Shown here: in pieces, positions 49,255 to 61,945 of the stretch
How positions within the stretch are numbered: the first letter of the stretch is position 1
Layout: each line of letters opens with the position of its first letter
Assembly: GCA_964199315.1 (NCBI GenBank)
Contig: OZ116699.1
Location: 15,128,001-15,192,000 of the forward strand
Direction: 5' to 3'
Length of the DNA stretch: 64,000 nucleotides
From: Orbicella franksi
Taxonomy: Eukaryota
The notes under the pieces: generated by a model
Database searches by the model: none
Seen by the model: only the letters and a program-made list of their open reading frames with translations
Told to the model about the DNA's origin: nothing
Made by a program: the position numbers and the translations under genes

Positions 49255-49740
49255 CAGAGAACTCACTGCAGAACTCACGAGGGAAATATGGAGGGAATTG
49301 CTGAACACCCTAGAGAACTCACGAGCAAACGCACTAGCGAACTAACAGGAGAAATCACCAGAGAACTCAGGAGAGAATTGCCGAACACCCAAGGGAGCTC
49401 ACGAGAGAACCCGAGGGAACTCACGAGCAAACGCACTGCCGAACTCACAGGAGAACTCACCAGGGAATTCATCATGCAGGGAACTCAGGAGGGAAATCTG
49501 GAGGGAATTGCCCAACACTCTAGGGAATTCACGAGGGAACTCGAGGGAATTGACGAGCAAACGCACTAGCGAACTCACGGGAGAACTCACCAAGGAACTC
49601 AGGGAGGAACTCAGGAGGGAACTCGGGAGGGAATTGCCGAACACCCTAGGGAACTAACGAAGGAAGATATGAGGTAATTCACGAGTAAACGCACTAGGGA
49701 ACTCACGAGAGACCCACCGCTAACACAAGGGGAACTCAAG
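49255..49740. repeat. Minisatellite array of GGGAACTCAC-type units
   Basis: Many ggaactcac / ggaattcac units, with a higher-order repeat containing gagcaaacgcact recurring four times. Confidence 0.85.
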
Positions 49741-52700
49741 ATGAGTGAAACGACAAGGGCTGGGATTGAAAAAGTATCTGACTGAAGAATGGTTCGTCCA
49801 GTCGCTCACTTCTCGTATTCGAGTCCCTTAGGTAGAATGCCGCAAAATAATTATTATCCATAAATTGTCTTGGCTCAACTTCTTGGGAACGTAATAGGGG
49901 AAAGATTCGATGGCTCTCAATAAAGCAGAGAGGAGAATTGTAAAAAAACACTTAAGTTTCACACGAGGAGGGGGGGGGGGGGGTAAAGGGCGAAAGTTAA
50001 GTAGGCATTTAAGCTCCCCGAGTAGAGCCTTTACGGGAGCCGCGCGCCCAGGGGATAAGCTATTGTATGAAAGGGTATCCATTTCTTTAATACGCGCAAT
50101 CGCTTAATGTGTCCAAAGTCAACCAGTTTCGGCGCTCAAAAGTAATCAACGTTTCTTAATTGGCTGTCATAATGTTAAATCATTTAATTTCGACGAGTAG
50201 CAACAGCTACATTACTACGGTAACTAGAATTTGAAAAATTCTCAGTCACGAAATATTGTCTAATGTGGGAAAATTTGGCTCAAAAGTGTCAACGATCTAC
50301 ATAACAGGTTTAAGTCCTAAAAGTAATAAAATACACAATTTCTTATTCCTGTAAGATTTGCTCTGCTGTTACATGCGCGCATTTTCTCCAGAATAAGGAA
50401 CACTAATTTCGCATTAAAAAAATGATGTTATCCCTCGCTGTTAACTAAGCGCGTGAGGAAATGACAGTAACTAAGGGGTAATTTCTGGCTTCAGTAATGA
50501 GTACCCCCCTCTAAGACTGCTACTCCATGTGCTTTCACTAATGTAGCATGAGTATCGGGCGGGTAGTATTACCTCAAGCTTTCTACCCACCTCCTCCCGT
50601 CTTGGTCTTTTCGTCTCTTTGCTTTATTATTACATTGCTGTCGCAGTTCATTGGGGGTTCAGTGCACTCAACTTTGAAGGCTCAGCATTTATTATCATTA
50701 TTGTTACTTAATTTTTACAGAACATTCTTGAATATTAATTAAAATGGTTATGAGTTCTTCGCTCTTGGCCAAACATTAATCTAAACGAAAAGTTTAGTGT
50801 GTTTTCATTTTAGCCCTTCAAAAATGAGCATACATTTTCGGATTAATATTGATATAATTCAGGAACATTACATGAATATTTCCGTCATAAAATTCTTTCT
50901 CATTTGAAATGCAAAGTTTTACAAACCACACAACATATCAACTGAAAAAAGACACAAAAGAATGGTTAAATTATGTATTGCGCCCGTACGAAGTCTTTCT
51001 TTAATTTGATTTGATGGCCAAAAGCGTGTAAAGGCATTCCGCACCAAATTTGTGGTGTATTTGTCAGTGATTGGTTCTAGTTTGTAATCCATATTCATAA
51101 CAAATTGTAGATTTTGCGTCAAACCACGCTGTCGGTGGATGTGTGAAGACGTGTCGTCCCGCTGAAGGCAATTTTGTACTCCTGAAGGAAGAACCATGCT
51201 TTGTTTATGCTGGGAAGGAACTCATCGAGCTTTTGCAACAGAAGGTGCGTATTGCTTTACTTGAATTTGTTCGGCAAAGTTAAAAATTCACAACAACGAG
51301 TAACCTCGTGTGCTCGTTGTGCGTTTGAGAATCGCTTCAATTCAAATCGTTCGTTTCGTTAGCAACAAAGCAAGGACGGAAGCCCTGGAGACCTGTATTG
51401 TGGTGGGAAAACACTCTGAAATATTTCACGAAAAATTACGAAAAGTTTGATGGCTTAAATTGTATTTGCTCCGACGAAGGCGTAACGATCACAACATTTT
51501 TTATGAACCTCAAGTTGAACGCCAATAACACGTTTCTAAACGTATACGTATATGTGATATTTGTACTTCTAATTGCCAAGGACAACTGAGTTTTTCTGCT
51601 CTGACAAATTTCCCAGGTTTTTGTTAAATTTTCTTTTCCTTCACGCCGGAACTTTCTTTACAGTGAGGAGACTATGAAATTTAACCTTTGGAAGTTTCCT
51701 TAGCCCTCGTACATTTTCAGGCTTATGTTTCTCTCGTTTATTTAGTTTTAAAATTAACGCATTTCAGTACTTATCATGGTTTGATCTTTTTTTTTTCAGA
51801 ACGACTCGCATCTTGAGGAGAACGGGAGAAGAGAATCTTCTCAAGACTGGACAAGCTGGAATCACTGATCAGAAGGAAATATATACTACAAAGATAAGAA
51901 CTTTGAAATTATTAAAGAATTCAATTATCAAAAATGATGGCTGTCCAGATGTTAAATTTTTATAGGAGATTTTGTTTTTTTGTTTATTCATTGGTATTGA
52001 TTGTTTGCATCGAGACGTGAAAACACAAAGTTGAGATTTAGACAATTGGCATAATGTCCTTTAAAGCTAGTACAACATCAGCCACCATTTTTGAAGTTTT
52101 TTTCAAAGGGTACTTTTTACAAACTTTTTGCGATCGTACATGCGAGCTGCAAATGATTGGATTCAGATTACCTCGACAAACTTGTTATCTGATTGTCTTG
52201 ATGTATTCTAAATTGGTAGTTTATTGAAGGTTGAATACCAAAGCAAGTGTCAATTCTTCAATTTTAGTCGGCGATCTGTAGCGTTTTTTTTTCCCTGAAG
52301 TAGTTACTTTGGTGTACCCTTTCACTATAATATGCTATAGTTACAACGTAAGTTGATGGCGCAGGGAAGTGAAGTTTTTAAAGTGGCACTGCAAGACGTG
52401 ACAAAAGACACGACGAAACGAACAAACAGACTAACAAACAAACAAGTTAAAGAATCAAGGTCATCGTGTTTGGAAACCATGTTTTTCAAAATACTTTGGA
52501 AAAGCCGAATTTTTACTCACCAATTTTAATCAACTTGGAAGTCACGACGATAGAAATTACTTAACTGCTTTCTAATACTGGTAAAATTTTTCTCTCAAAA
52601 CTTGAAATACTATAATTGTTATTCAGGTACTCAGTAACGACACCGACTGAACACAACGTCGACGAAAAATAATACTTATGACACTCACACATTGCAAGAC

Positions 52701-54019
52701 TAAATTTGGATTCTGCTCACCATATAACAGTTTGACAAAAGTACAAACAACGTTTAGCGGTGACTGTGGAAATCAAACAGAAGATAACAACCTGCACATA
52801 CAATACTGACGACTTTTTGACGAACTCAACGAAACTGATGAACAAACTTTGAATTTAAGAAGAATCGAATTGTTTTACACTTTTAAACGACTGCTATACG
52901 ATAATACAACTACAGTGCCACGTTAAAAGATTCTCATTTTTGCTTCATCGACTTACTTATTAGTAAAAATCGACGAGAGAACACTGGCTTCCTTTACTAC
53001 AAAAATATTATTAAACAATGACAACAAATCTAATTTATCACCGATTGTGCAACTCTGAATTCGTCTATACCAGCATGAACAGAAATTATTGGGTTTTTTT
53101 TCTGAATTTCGGCTCAAGTGTTTTGGCTGAAACGTTTAAAAACGTAGAGAAATAATTATAAAGTGCCTATGTTCTCCTGTCGGTTTGAGATCTTTAGTGT
53201 AAAACACAGATGTCTCTTGGGAAATTAAGCACCATTTTCGGTGAAGTTTGGATTTATTTTCATAGTTATACAGACCACAAAACATAAACCAACAAACAAC
53301 GATGGCAAATCAAATCACTGGCTGTAATTAATGAAGGAAACAAGCAATCGAATCGTAAAAAACAAATTTATACAGTTCGCATCTTGCAAAATTGTCTCGG
53401 TTATCGCTGAAATTTTTCTCATGCAAATTTGTATCATTGTTCTTGCAAACTTCGAAGGTTTCAGTTAAAAAACATTTGAAATGATCATCGAGTCAGAATT
53501 TTGTTTGTTTTATTTTGCTTAAGGCAAAATTATATCGGTTATCCTCAAAAGTTTATTCTTCCAAAAAACTCTTAATCAGTTAACTGAAACTGTATAGCTT
53601 TTCTTGCTACGTATTAAGATATTAAAACAATTCGTAAGGATCTTGTTTGTTTTACGTTGCTTGAAGCAAAACTCTATCCATTATCCTCGAAAGTTTATTC
53701 ATCTGAAAAATTCTGTTAGAACATTTAGATGTATAGTTTCGCTTTCTTTCTCATGGTCTGTATAACTATTTTAAATCATTTTCTTGTATTTAACAATTTG
53801 TTGGCAAAAGTTCGTGTTAAGGGTGGGACAAAACTCGGAACAACCCCGGTTTGTTTTCCTGGAGCAGACATCTGGATTTTATTACGATTTCTTAGCTTAA
53901 TTACAAGTGGATAAAGACCCTTTACTGTCGACGTTCAGTGTAATACAGGACAAAGCAATAATCGGAATTACAAGAAATAAAACTGAATAACTTGGAATTT
54001 ATTTTTGACCAAATGAATT

Positions 54020-54620
54020 TTATATTTTCAAAATATAACTGAAGAATGTTATCACGAGAATTGATAAGCAACATGGACCTAAGCAATTGATGTAATTGCA
54101 ATAGTTTTACGGCTAAAACCACACTTGAATTTGTCCATGTCGTCGTTATGGCTTCAGAAAGGAAACAATTGCAAATTTAAGGTGTTGTTCCAAATTCGTC
54201 TTTCAGTTGGATACAAATCACGTCGATTTCTCAGCATCGCCTGAGTTCACAGTTTCAAATTTAACTGAAGAATATTATCACAAGAATTGACAAGCAACAT
54301 GGACCTAAGCAACTGATGAAATAGTTCTTGTCATAGTTTTTGCGGCTAAAACCACACCTGAATTTGTTCATGCAATCCTTATAGCTTCAGAAATAAAGAA
54401 AACGATCACAAATTTAAAGTCTTCACCAAAATCTTGTTACAGTTAGATACAAATTGTTTCTATTTCTAGTCGTCTAAATTCATATTTTCAAAATATAACG
54501 AACTGGAGAATGTTGTCACAAGAACAGCATTTGTCTGTGGCTTTAGAGAAAAATAGATAACAAATTTAAGGTCTTTGCTCTAAAATCTTACAGATGGATA
54601 AAAATTGCTTCGATTTTGTT
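54020..54620. repeat. Degenerate tandem repeat, ~226-238 bp, about 2.5 copies
   Basis: The anchor actgaagaatgttatcac recurs at ~54038, 54264 and 54502; aagcaacatggacctaagcaa and ggctaaaaccacac are also repeated. Confidence 0.75.
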
Positions 54621-54669
54621 TAACATGTCCTGTATTACAAGCTAAACTCGATGGTTGAGGTCTTTATCA

Positions 54670-54817
54670 GAGGCAACATGGCAAGTTCTACACCTTTTAA
54701 AAGTCTAGAATTGATTGAAAATTTTAAATACTGAGCGGCGGGAACACATCGTGCACTGTTGGCCAAATAATTAATGTTTGAAGTAGACTTACCTTTTTAA
54801 ACTTGCCATGTTGCTTC
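54670..54817. mobile_element. Small MITE-like inverted repeat
   Basis: gaggcaacatggcaagtt and aacttgccatgttgcttc form an 18-bp inverted repeat with one mismatch. Confidence 0.5.
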
Positions 54818-56340
54818 TTTACTGTAAAATGTTCACATCTTCTCGTGCGAATTGTAAACTTTAAACGTTTCGGATGGTAATGTTTGATTCCAAATTTGAT
54901 TTTTACAAAGTACTAGGGGTTTAAGAAAGTTATTCTCTGATTTTTTTTCGGAGTAAGAAAGAAATTGGCATTTCAGTTAATTTTTTTTTTGCACGAGGAG
55001 ATGTTTACATGACTTTTGGCGTAAAATTCTAAGGAAGCCATTTTGAATATTTTGCCGAAAATGTTGTCAGGGGAAACTCTGTGCAAATTTCTTCAAATTT
55101 TCCCGCCAAAAGTCTTAGTATATATAAGGCAAAATTTTTCTTCACACCTTTTAGTTTAATTTAACTGATTTTCAATTAATTAATTAAATTAACTAACCAA
55201 TTATTGCAAAACAATAAAATGTGATTAATTAAAAACAACAAGTGGTGGTTTCAATTGTGTACATTTAATTGCTGCTATAGCATTGCTGCTGTTGCTAATT
55301 TCTGCTATTTTTATTGACTTGCTGCTAAAGTAGCAATTCAATACTTAAATAAAAAAAGACATTAAAAATATCACAGCAAATAGAAGTCAATTACACACGC
55401 GCCTTCAATGTAACTTTTATTGGCTTTTCAACAATACAATTAAAATTAATTACAAAAAATTTGAATAAGTAAACAAAATAAAAAAATGCGCTTTTAAAAG
55501 GGCCTGGAAACTAGTCAAAATGTAGGCTATCTCTTTTACTACTTTTTGACTATGTAGGGTTGCCAAAAAGAAAAAAAATTCTGCGCTTTTGAACAGAGTC
55601 TAGCCAGAAACCAAACATATACTTTGACTTTTGATGGGATAAATCCTGCTACATATTAAAAGATTTTTTCCACCAAAAGACTTAGTATAAATTTGACTCA
55701 AAAGCCATACACCATTTAAAATTGCAGACTTTTTTTTTCAAGAACAATTTTACTGCCAAAAGACTTTTCGATTATTTTATTGACCCTTTTAAAAGCGCGA
55801 CCTTTCCATCAATCCTATCCTCCTTGGAAACTGGACAGATTTTGCTAAAATTTGTGAAAAAAATTCTAGACAATTGAACAGTACATTCCATGTGTTGTTT
55901 GAGAACTAAATTCTGATAGTCGAATTTTGTTTCACGGGTTTTGTGAAGAAGCTAAGAAGACTTCCAGGCTTGAAATATCTTATCGCAAAAAAATTAATCG
56001 AGATAAAGTAATATCTGCTACCTTGCATTTAAAGAGAAAACTTGTAATTGAATCCACAGCTTGCTCGAAAAACGACTCGATATTAGTAACCCGCGAAATA
56101 GTCACTAGATAATTTGCAATAGCTCCGGTAATTCCTTTGGACTCTTGAGTTATGTGAAAAACAATTTTGATGAATGAAAACTAATCGTGATAAATCTAAA
56201 TCTACCTCATTTATGATACATGATCCACTGATGAAACATCTAAATGAATTAGTTTGGTTTCCTTTGCTTCTTTCTCCATGTTAATGTTGATGTCCTGGTG
56301 ATGTACATTCAGCATTTGAGATGGCAGCCTGAAAGAAATA

Positions 56341-59202
56341 TTAAGAACGGCTGACTGTTAGGATCGAGAAACGCCGGTCAACGACCCATTTGGCAAATCG
56401 CTCATATTTTGCCCAAAGATACCCTTAGGTGACCTAATTCTAAAAATCATATTTAAAGGTTCCAGCGAATTTTTATTTTTCAGAAATTCGCGAAAATTTG
56501 AAAGGGCGGTCAAAGTGCGGTTTTTGGTGTAATAAAATGACCGAAATAAGGTGCGAGGACGAAGCGCTGCTTAAGTCTTAAAATAATTTCAATTGACTTC
56601 AAACTTCACATAAATGTGGAACAACCACTCTAATTTATTCCTCGTTTTAAACTAATCTCAGAGATGTCGATATAGTGGTTTTCCGAATCATTTTAAAAAC
56701 ACCTATGAAGCGTGTGAAAAATAACGGCAAAATATAGGTCATGTTTAACAGCATCAAAATGCATCTGGTACCTCACTTTCCGATTATTTTACTTTACAGC
56801 CTTAAAATATCATTATTAAGCATATATCATGCCAAGTTTCATGCTCGAACTCGCAGTATTTCCCTTTGAGAAAAACGAAAATCCTGCTACATATTAGAAA
56901 AACATACAAAAACGAAAAACGAAAATCTAATGAATCTGTTTTTACTATATCGGCAACCATGCTGCGGGGCTGATATTCGAGACTTAGTGTAAAAGCTGTC
57001 ACACAACCGTACGAGCAGCCCAGTCACGCTTTCACTGCTCTTGCGCAAATGTTCAACATTTCGCGATTTACATAAACTGATTACCAGTTTAAGGTAGTGA
57101 CAGTAGATTGAAATGCGCTTTTTAAAGCTGCCCTATCCAGGAGCAATTATTTGTTGTTCTTCAATGGCTCTTAGCTGTAGCTACAGTCCGGCGGGGGGGG
57201 GGGGTACTCCGGGAAAGGTCGGATATCAGTATGCCGTGGAAGATTAAGTGGTCTTCAGCTCTTAACGCCGACATTGAAACACCAGATGATTCTCGAAGTA
57301 TTACAGGGATCACTAAGCTAAACAATTTTGAGTTTAGCTCCGCTGAGTCAATTACCTGTTGGCGCGCATATTGCATTGACCGTGGACAGGTGGGAAAACA
57401 GTTCAAGCGGAAAAGCCCGTTGCACATTGTAATTTAGCGTTGTCCAACACGCAATCGGTCTGGTTGTAATGCTAATCGTATTTGATAAAATCTCAAGTTT
57501 TCTTTCGACACATGCTGGGGTGACATACTACTAGATGGGCGTGGCAGGGAGCCACGAGTCAAGTCAGTCAACTCCCAAAGCTTAACAGAAGAGTGATAGT
57601 GAACCACTGGTGGAAGGACTGCAGATTGTCCCTACGCTTTACCCTGATAGGGCTCTGTGTTATTCTAATGAACTGATGCTGTTATAATGATACTGTGTAG
57701 CTTTATGAACACGCTAATGGTCAAGGGTTTCTTTTTCAGTATAAAAGAATCATAAATAAGTAGTTCTTTGTGAAACACTATTTTAAGGAAAGTAGGCTGT
57801 TCGCAATATCTATGTTTTCCGATCTTCTAGAATGATTAGTTTGTTAACGCACTGTTGCGCTGCGTCTGCACGCAGTGTCGGAAACAAAGTACATTAGATC
57901 ATCTGTTTTTAAGTTGATAAAGGTAAATTAATCGCTTCAGCGAATTTGGAAAGGGTGACGATTCCAACCTCATTCCCAGAGAGGTTGAGACGATTCGGCC
58001 GTTAGTTTTTCCTCTAAAGGGTCTTCCTCCTCTACTCCCTCTCCCTCTCTACAAAAATTTAACGATCCTCCCCCCCCCCCCCGCCGCAAGAGATGTTGCT
58101 AAATATCGAAGAAACCAAACACCGACAGTTCCTAAGAATACTTCCGGCAAGTGCAGTTGTTAGTAAAATACTTCAGAAGCGCCGAGGATGGCGCTTTTCC
58201 GCGCGCGAGTGAGAGAGGTATATCTAGTTCCATGTCTTCGCAACCACACCGTAGCAAAGGCAGTTTCAGGTTCTTTAGGCCAATGCGGAATTTTGCTATA
58301 AGATACGATTTCTGCTGTTCACTGACTGTCCTGAAAGCCTAACCCTGAATCGAAAACATTAATGTTGCAGGAAATCTCTTGTGTTTGTTATGACAGCCAT
58401 TCACAGTGTTGTTTGCACGAAATACACGCGATGACAAACTAGACATGACGGCGGACAGGAGATCAAACAAAGTTAACGCGCAATGTTCCTAAAACGTCTA
58501 AAAACATTTTTTATGCAGTGGACATTATGTTTCTACTGATAGCAGTGAATTAACGGGATTTTAATTAACGACAGCCTTTTACTTTCGCCGTTGAAATTGA
58601 TTTGTCTCTTGTTCGTGTATAATTATTGTTATTTGCGCCCAACACATTGACGTAGATTTTCGTTTTCTCAAAGGGAAATACTGCGAGTTCGAGCATGAAA
58701 CTTGGCATGGTATATGTTTAATAATGATATTTTAAGGCTGTAAAGTAAAATAATCGGAAAGTGAGGTACCAGATGCATTTTGATGCTGTTAAACATATAT
58801 TAAACCTATATTTTGCCGTTATTTTGCACACGCTTCATAGGTGTTTTTAAAATGATTCGGAAAACCACTATATCGACATCTCTGAGATTAGTTTAAAACG
58901 AGGAATAAATTAGAGTGGTTGTTCCACATTTATGTGAAGTTTGAAGTCAATTGAAATTATTTTAAGACTTAAGCAGCGCTTCGTCCTCGCACCTTATTTC
59001 GGTCATTTTATTACACCAAAAACCGCACTTCGACCGCCCTTTCAAATTTTCGCGAATTTCTGAAAAATAAAAATTCGCTGGAACCTTTAAATATGATTTT
59101 TAGAATTAGGTCACCTAAGGGTATCTTTGGGCAAAATATGAGCGATTTGCCAAATGGGTCGTTGACCGGCGTTCCTAGATCCTTATAGTCAGCCATTCTT
59201 AA
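56341..59202. mobile_element. Non-autonomous DNA transposon with ~540-bp TIRs and TTAA flanks (Sola3- or Kolobok-like)
   Basis: 56345-~56883 and ~58654-59198 are near-identical inverted repeats, with TTAA at both ends and GA..TC termini. The 1.8-kb interior has no long ORF but contains a remnant peptide ITGITKLNNFEF..CWRAYCIDRG (57231-57395). The superfamily assignment is inference. Confidence 0.85.
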
Positions 59203-60079
59203 TAACAAAACAAATTAACAATGGTTAAATCAAAAACCAACGAACAAAATAAACGCAATTGTATACTCGATTTAAGTTTACAACTTATTGTTAGTTGGTC
59301 TTAATTCTCCTCACGTGAATGTTGCGTTACCAAGTTAGTCACGCAACGTTTCTGAAGTAACGTTTCTGCGTTCCATACGCTCCGTTCTTGAGACAATTTG
59401 AGGAAAGTAGAAACGTGTATCAACATTCACCCCTAGATTGAACATTATTCCGCTTTATATCGCGCTGCTAGCTCTATAACCTTCAACAACAACATATTTC
59501 AGGGCACAGTTGCTGAAAACGAGATTATACTAATCCAGGATTCGTGAAATTTGAATTCTATTGTTTTTCAAAACACGAAGACGCATAAACGACGGGGCTC
59601 GACACCCACCCTCATCACCCACCCAACTTTGACAATTGTTGTACTCCTTTTTCGAACGTTTAATATCCACTGAATATCAAGCTTGAACCTTCCTAGATGG
59701 TCTTCTATAATATAAGATTTATATCAAAACATTTAGGAAAAAATAATCCGTTAAGGTATGAATCGGTCTGAATTTCGTTAGGTACATAAAATTTCTTGCA
59801 AAGCAAAATATTTCATGGGACTGCTGAAAAAGAATGATTATTTGCCGAATTGAAGCAAATAATCATCGACAAAGAAAAACAAGTATTGTTTTACAATTTT
59901 TTTTCAGCTGTTGGTTTGTTTGCTGTTGAATGGCAGATAATTCGTGGTCGTCCTAGCCAATCCCCCTTTCACAGTACGCCTAGAGCACAGCTTAGGTATA
60001 TTAGGTTGCTCTCAGTAATTTTTGATCGGCATCAGTTAATTTCAAATTAAAACTTGTGAGTGAAAATATTTGTTGACTT

Positions 60080-61945
60080 GTAATCCTGAATTAGTAAATC
60101 TTCACTTCACTTTTAACCCCCTGGTGGTATTGGGCCGGCGGTTATTGATTACGGAAACTTGGATTAGTAAATCTGCGTTCGAACAACTAGCACCGAATCT
60201 ACAGCTTAATGCAAAAAGTAAGAAACTAACCTCATTGGTAAAGTCACTCGGAAGTTGTCCTTGTCTCCCAAGCCAGAAGAGGTTTCTTGCTTTGCAGCTC
60301 AGTTTTTCATTCCATGCTTGATATTCTCCTAGCGAGAGAGAAATACATACTCTGTAAATTACGTAAATTAAAAGCTAGGGGAGTTAACTAAATAGACTTT
60401 CTGGACTTCAGAGGGTACCAATGTCTTTCTGGAATCCTCATTCATAGTCCGCTTTTATGACAATTTCGTGCAAGTTGCTCGCCCTTATCATTTTCTAACA
60501 TATTAGAAAAAACCTTTTATTCCATTTATAATTCTGAGCATTTCTGTTTTAGGAGAACTTGGAACAAATCTACAGCTTGATGCCGTTACGTTCAAGAAAC
60601 TAACCTAGTCGTGTGTGCTATTAAAAAGTTGTCCTTCTCTCCTACACCAGAAGCGCTTCCCACTTTCCAGCTTTTTCCATTCCAGATATTCTCCTAGTGA
60701 TGGAAAGAAAAATTCCGTGTAAATTTTATAAGCTGGATAACATAAACTACTAAAGAGCTTGGGAAGTTTCCTAAATAAACTTCCAGCATCAGAGGTTAAG
60801 TATTTCTGGGATCTCGGGTTCATAGTGCGCCTTCAGTAAAATTTTCGTAAATTTGTCTGCCCTTATTTTTTACTTTGGCTAATCTCAAATTCAAACCTAT
60901 CAGAGAGAAGTTTTTTTGTTAACTTATAATTCTCGATAAGTAAATTTGTTTTTGAACAACTTGCGTGAAATCTACAGCTAATAACAGTAAAGCAGGAATC
61001 TTACCTCACTGATGTCATTCACAAGTTCTTGTCTCGTACGCCAGAAGCTTTCTCCATTCCAGGCTTGATATTTTCGTACAAAAGAGGCAAATGCAGCGTT
61101 AACTATACAATGCAAGCTAGATACGTAAACTAAAAGATATGGTAGTTTACGAAAGAGACTATAAACATCAGAGGTCACTGATGTATTTCTGGAATCATCC
61201 GTTCATTAAGCGCCCCCGTTAAAAACTGAGTAAATTTGTTTGGCCTTATTTTTTAACTTTGGTTAATATCAAATTCCAACTTATTAGAGAATCGTTTTGT
61301 CCGCTTATAATTCTGGATTACTAAATCTGTTTCCCGACAACTTGAAACAAATCTACAGCTAAATACGTTCAAAATAAGAAACTAACCTTATTGAATATGT
61401 TATTCAGAGATTCTCCTGCTCCCAATACCAGAAGCGTTTCTTGATTCCCAGTCTCCCATTCCATGCTTGATATTCTCCTAGCGAGAGAGAGAGATAAATG
61501 CTGTGTAAACTACACAAACAAGATAACGTACACTAAAAGTAAAGGGAGCTTTACATAATAGACTTTCAACATCAGAAATCCCCCGTTCATAGTGGGATTT
61601 CATTACAATCTTTTGATTTTCTCAAAATTTAACTTATCAAAAATTATCAGTAAAAACTTTTGTCTACATGTAATCATGGATTAGTCAATTTGTTTCCTAA
61701 CAACACCAGTCAAATCTACAGCTTAATAAGCTGATAATATAAACTAACCTCATCGAAATGGAATCCAGGAAGCCTTGTCCTTCTCTTCTACGCCAGACAC
61801 GTGTTCAGTTTCCCATTGGCTCATGCTTGTTATTTCCCTGGCGAGACAGAGGGAGTATAATTCGTAAATTATAGATACTGGCCTAACGTATAGTAAAAGC
61901 TAGAGGAGTTAACTAAGTAGACTTTCCTCATCAGAGGTACTGAAC
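60080..61945 (-). repeat. Five-unit ~380-bp degenerate tandem array with exon/intron-like internal structure
   Basis: The anchor aatctacagct occurs at ~60196, 60567, 60969, 61350 and 61713 (periods 363-402). Further shared blocks are aactaacct, ccagaag, ttgatattctcctag and tagacttt..catcaga. Confidence 0.8.

Noticed and set aside
49288-49644. ELTRELT / SSLVSS ORFs as ice-nucleation-like proteins
   Set aside because: Translation artefacts of the minisatellite.
49255-49740. CRISPR-like array
   Set aside because: No unique spacers, eukaryotic context, and no cas genes.
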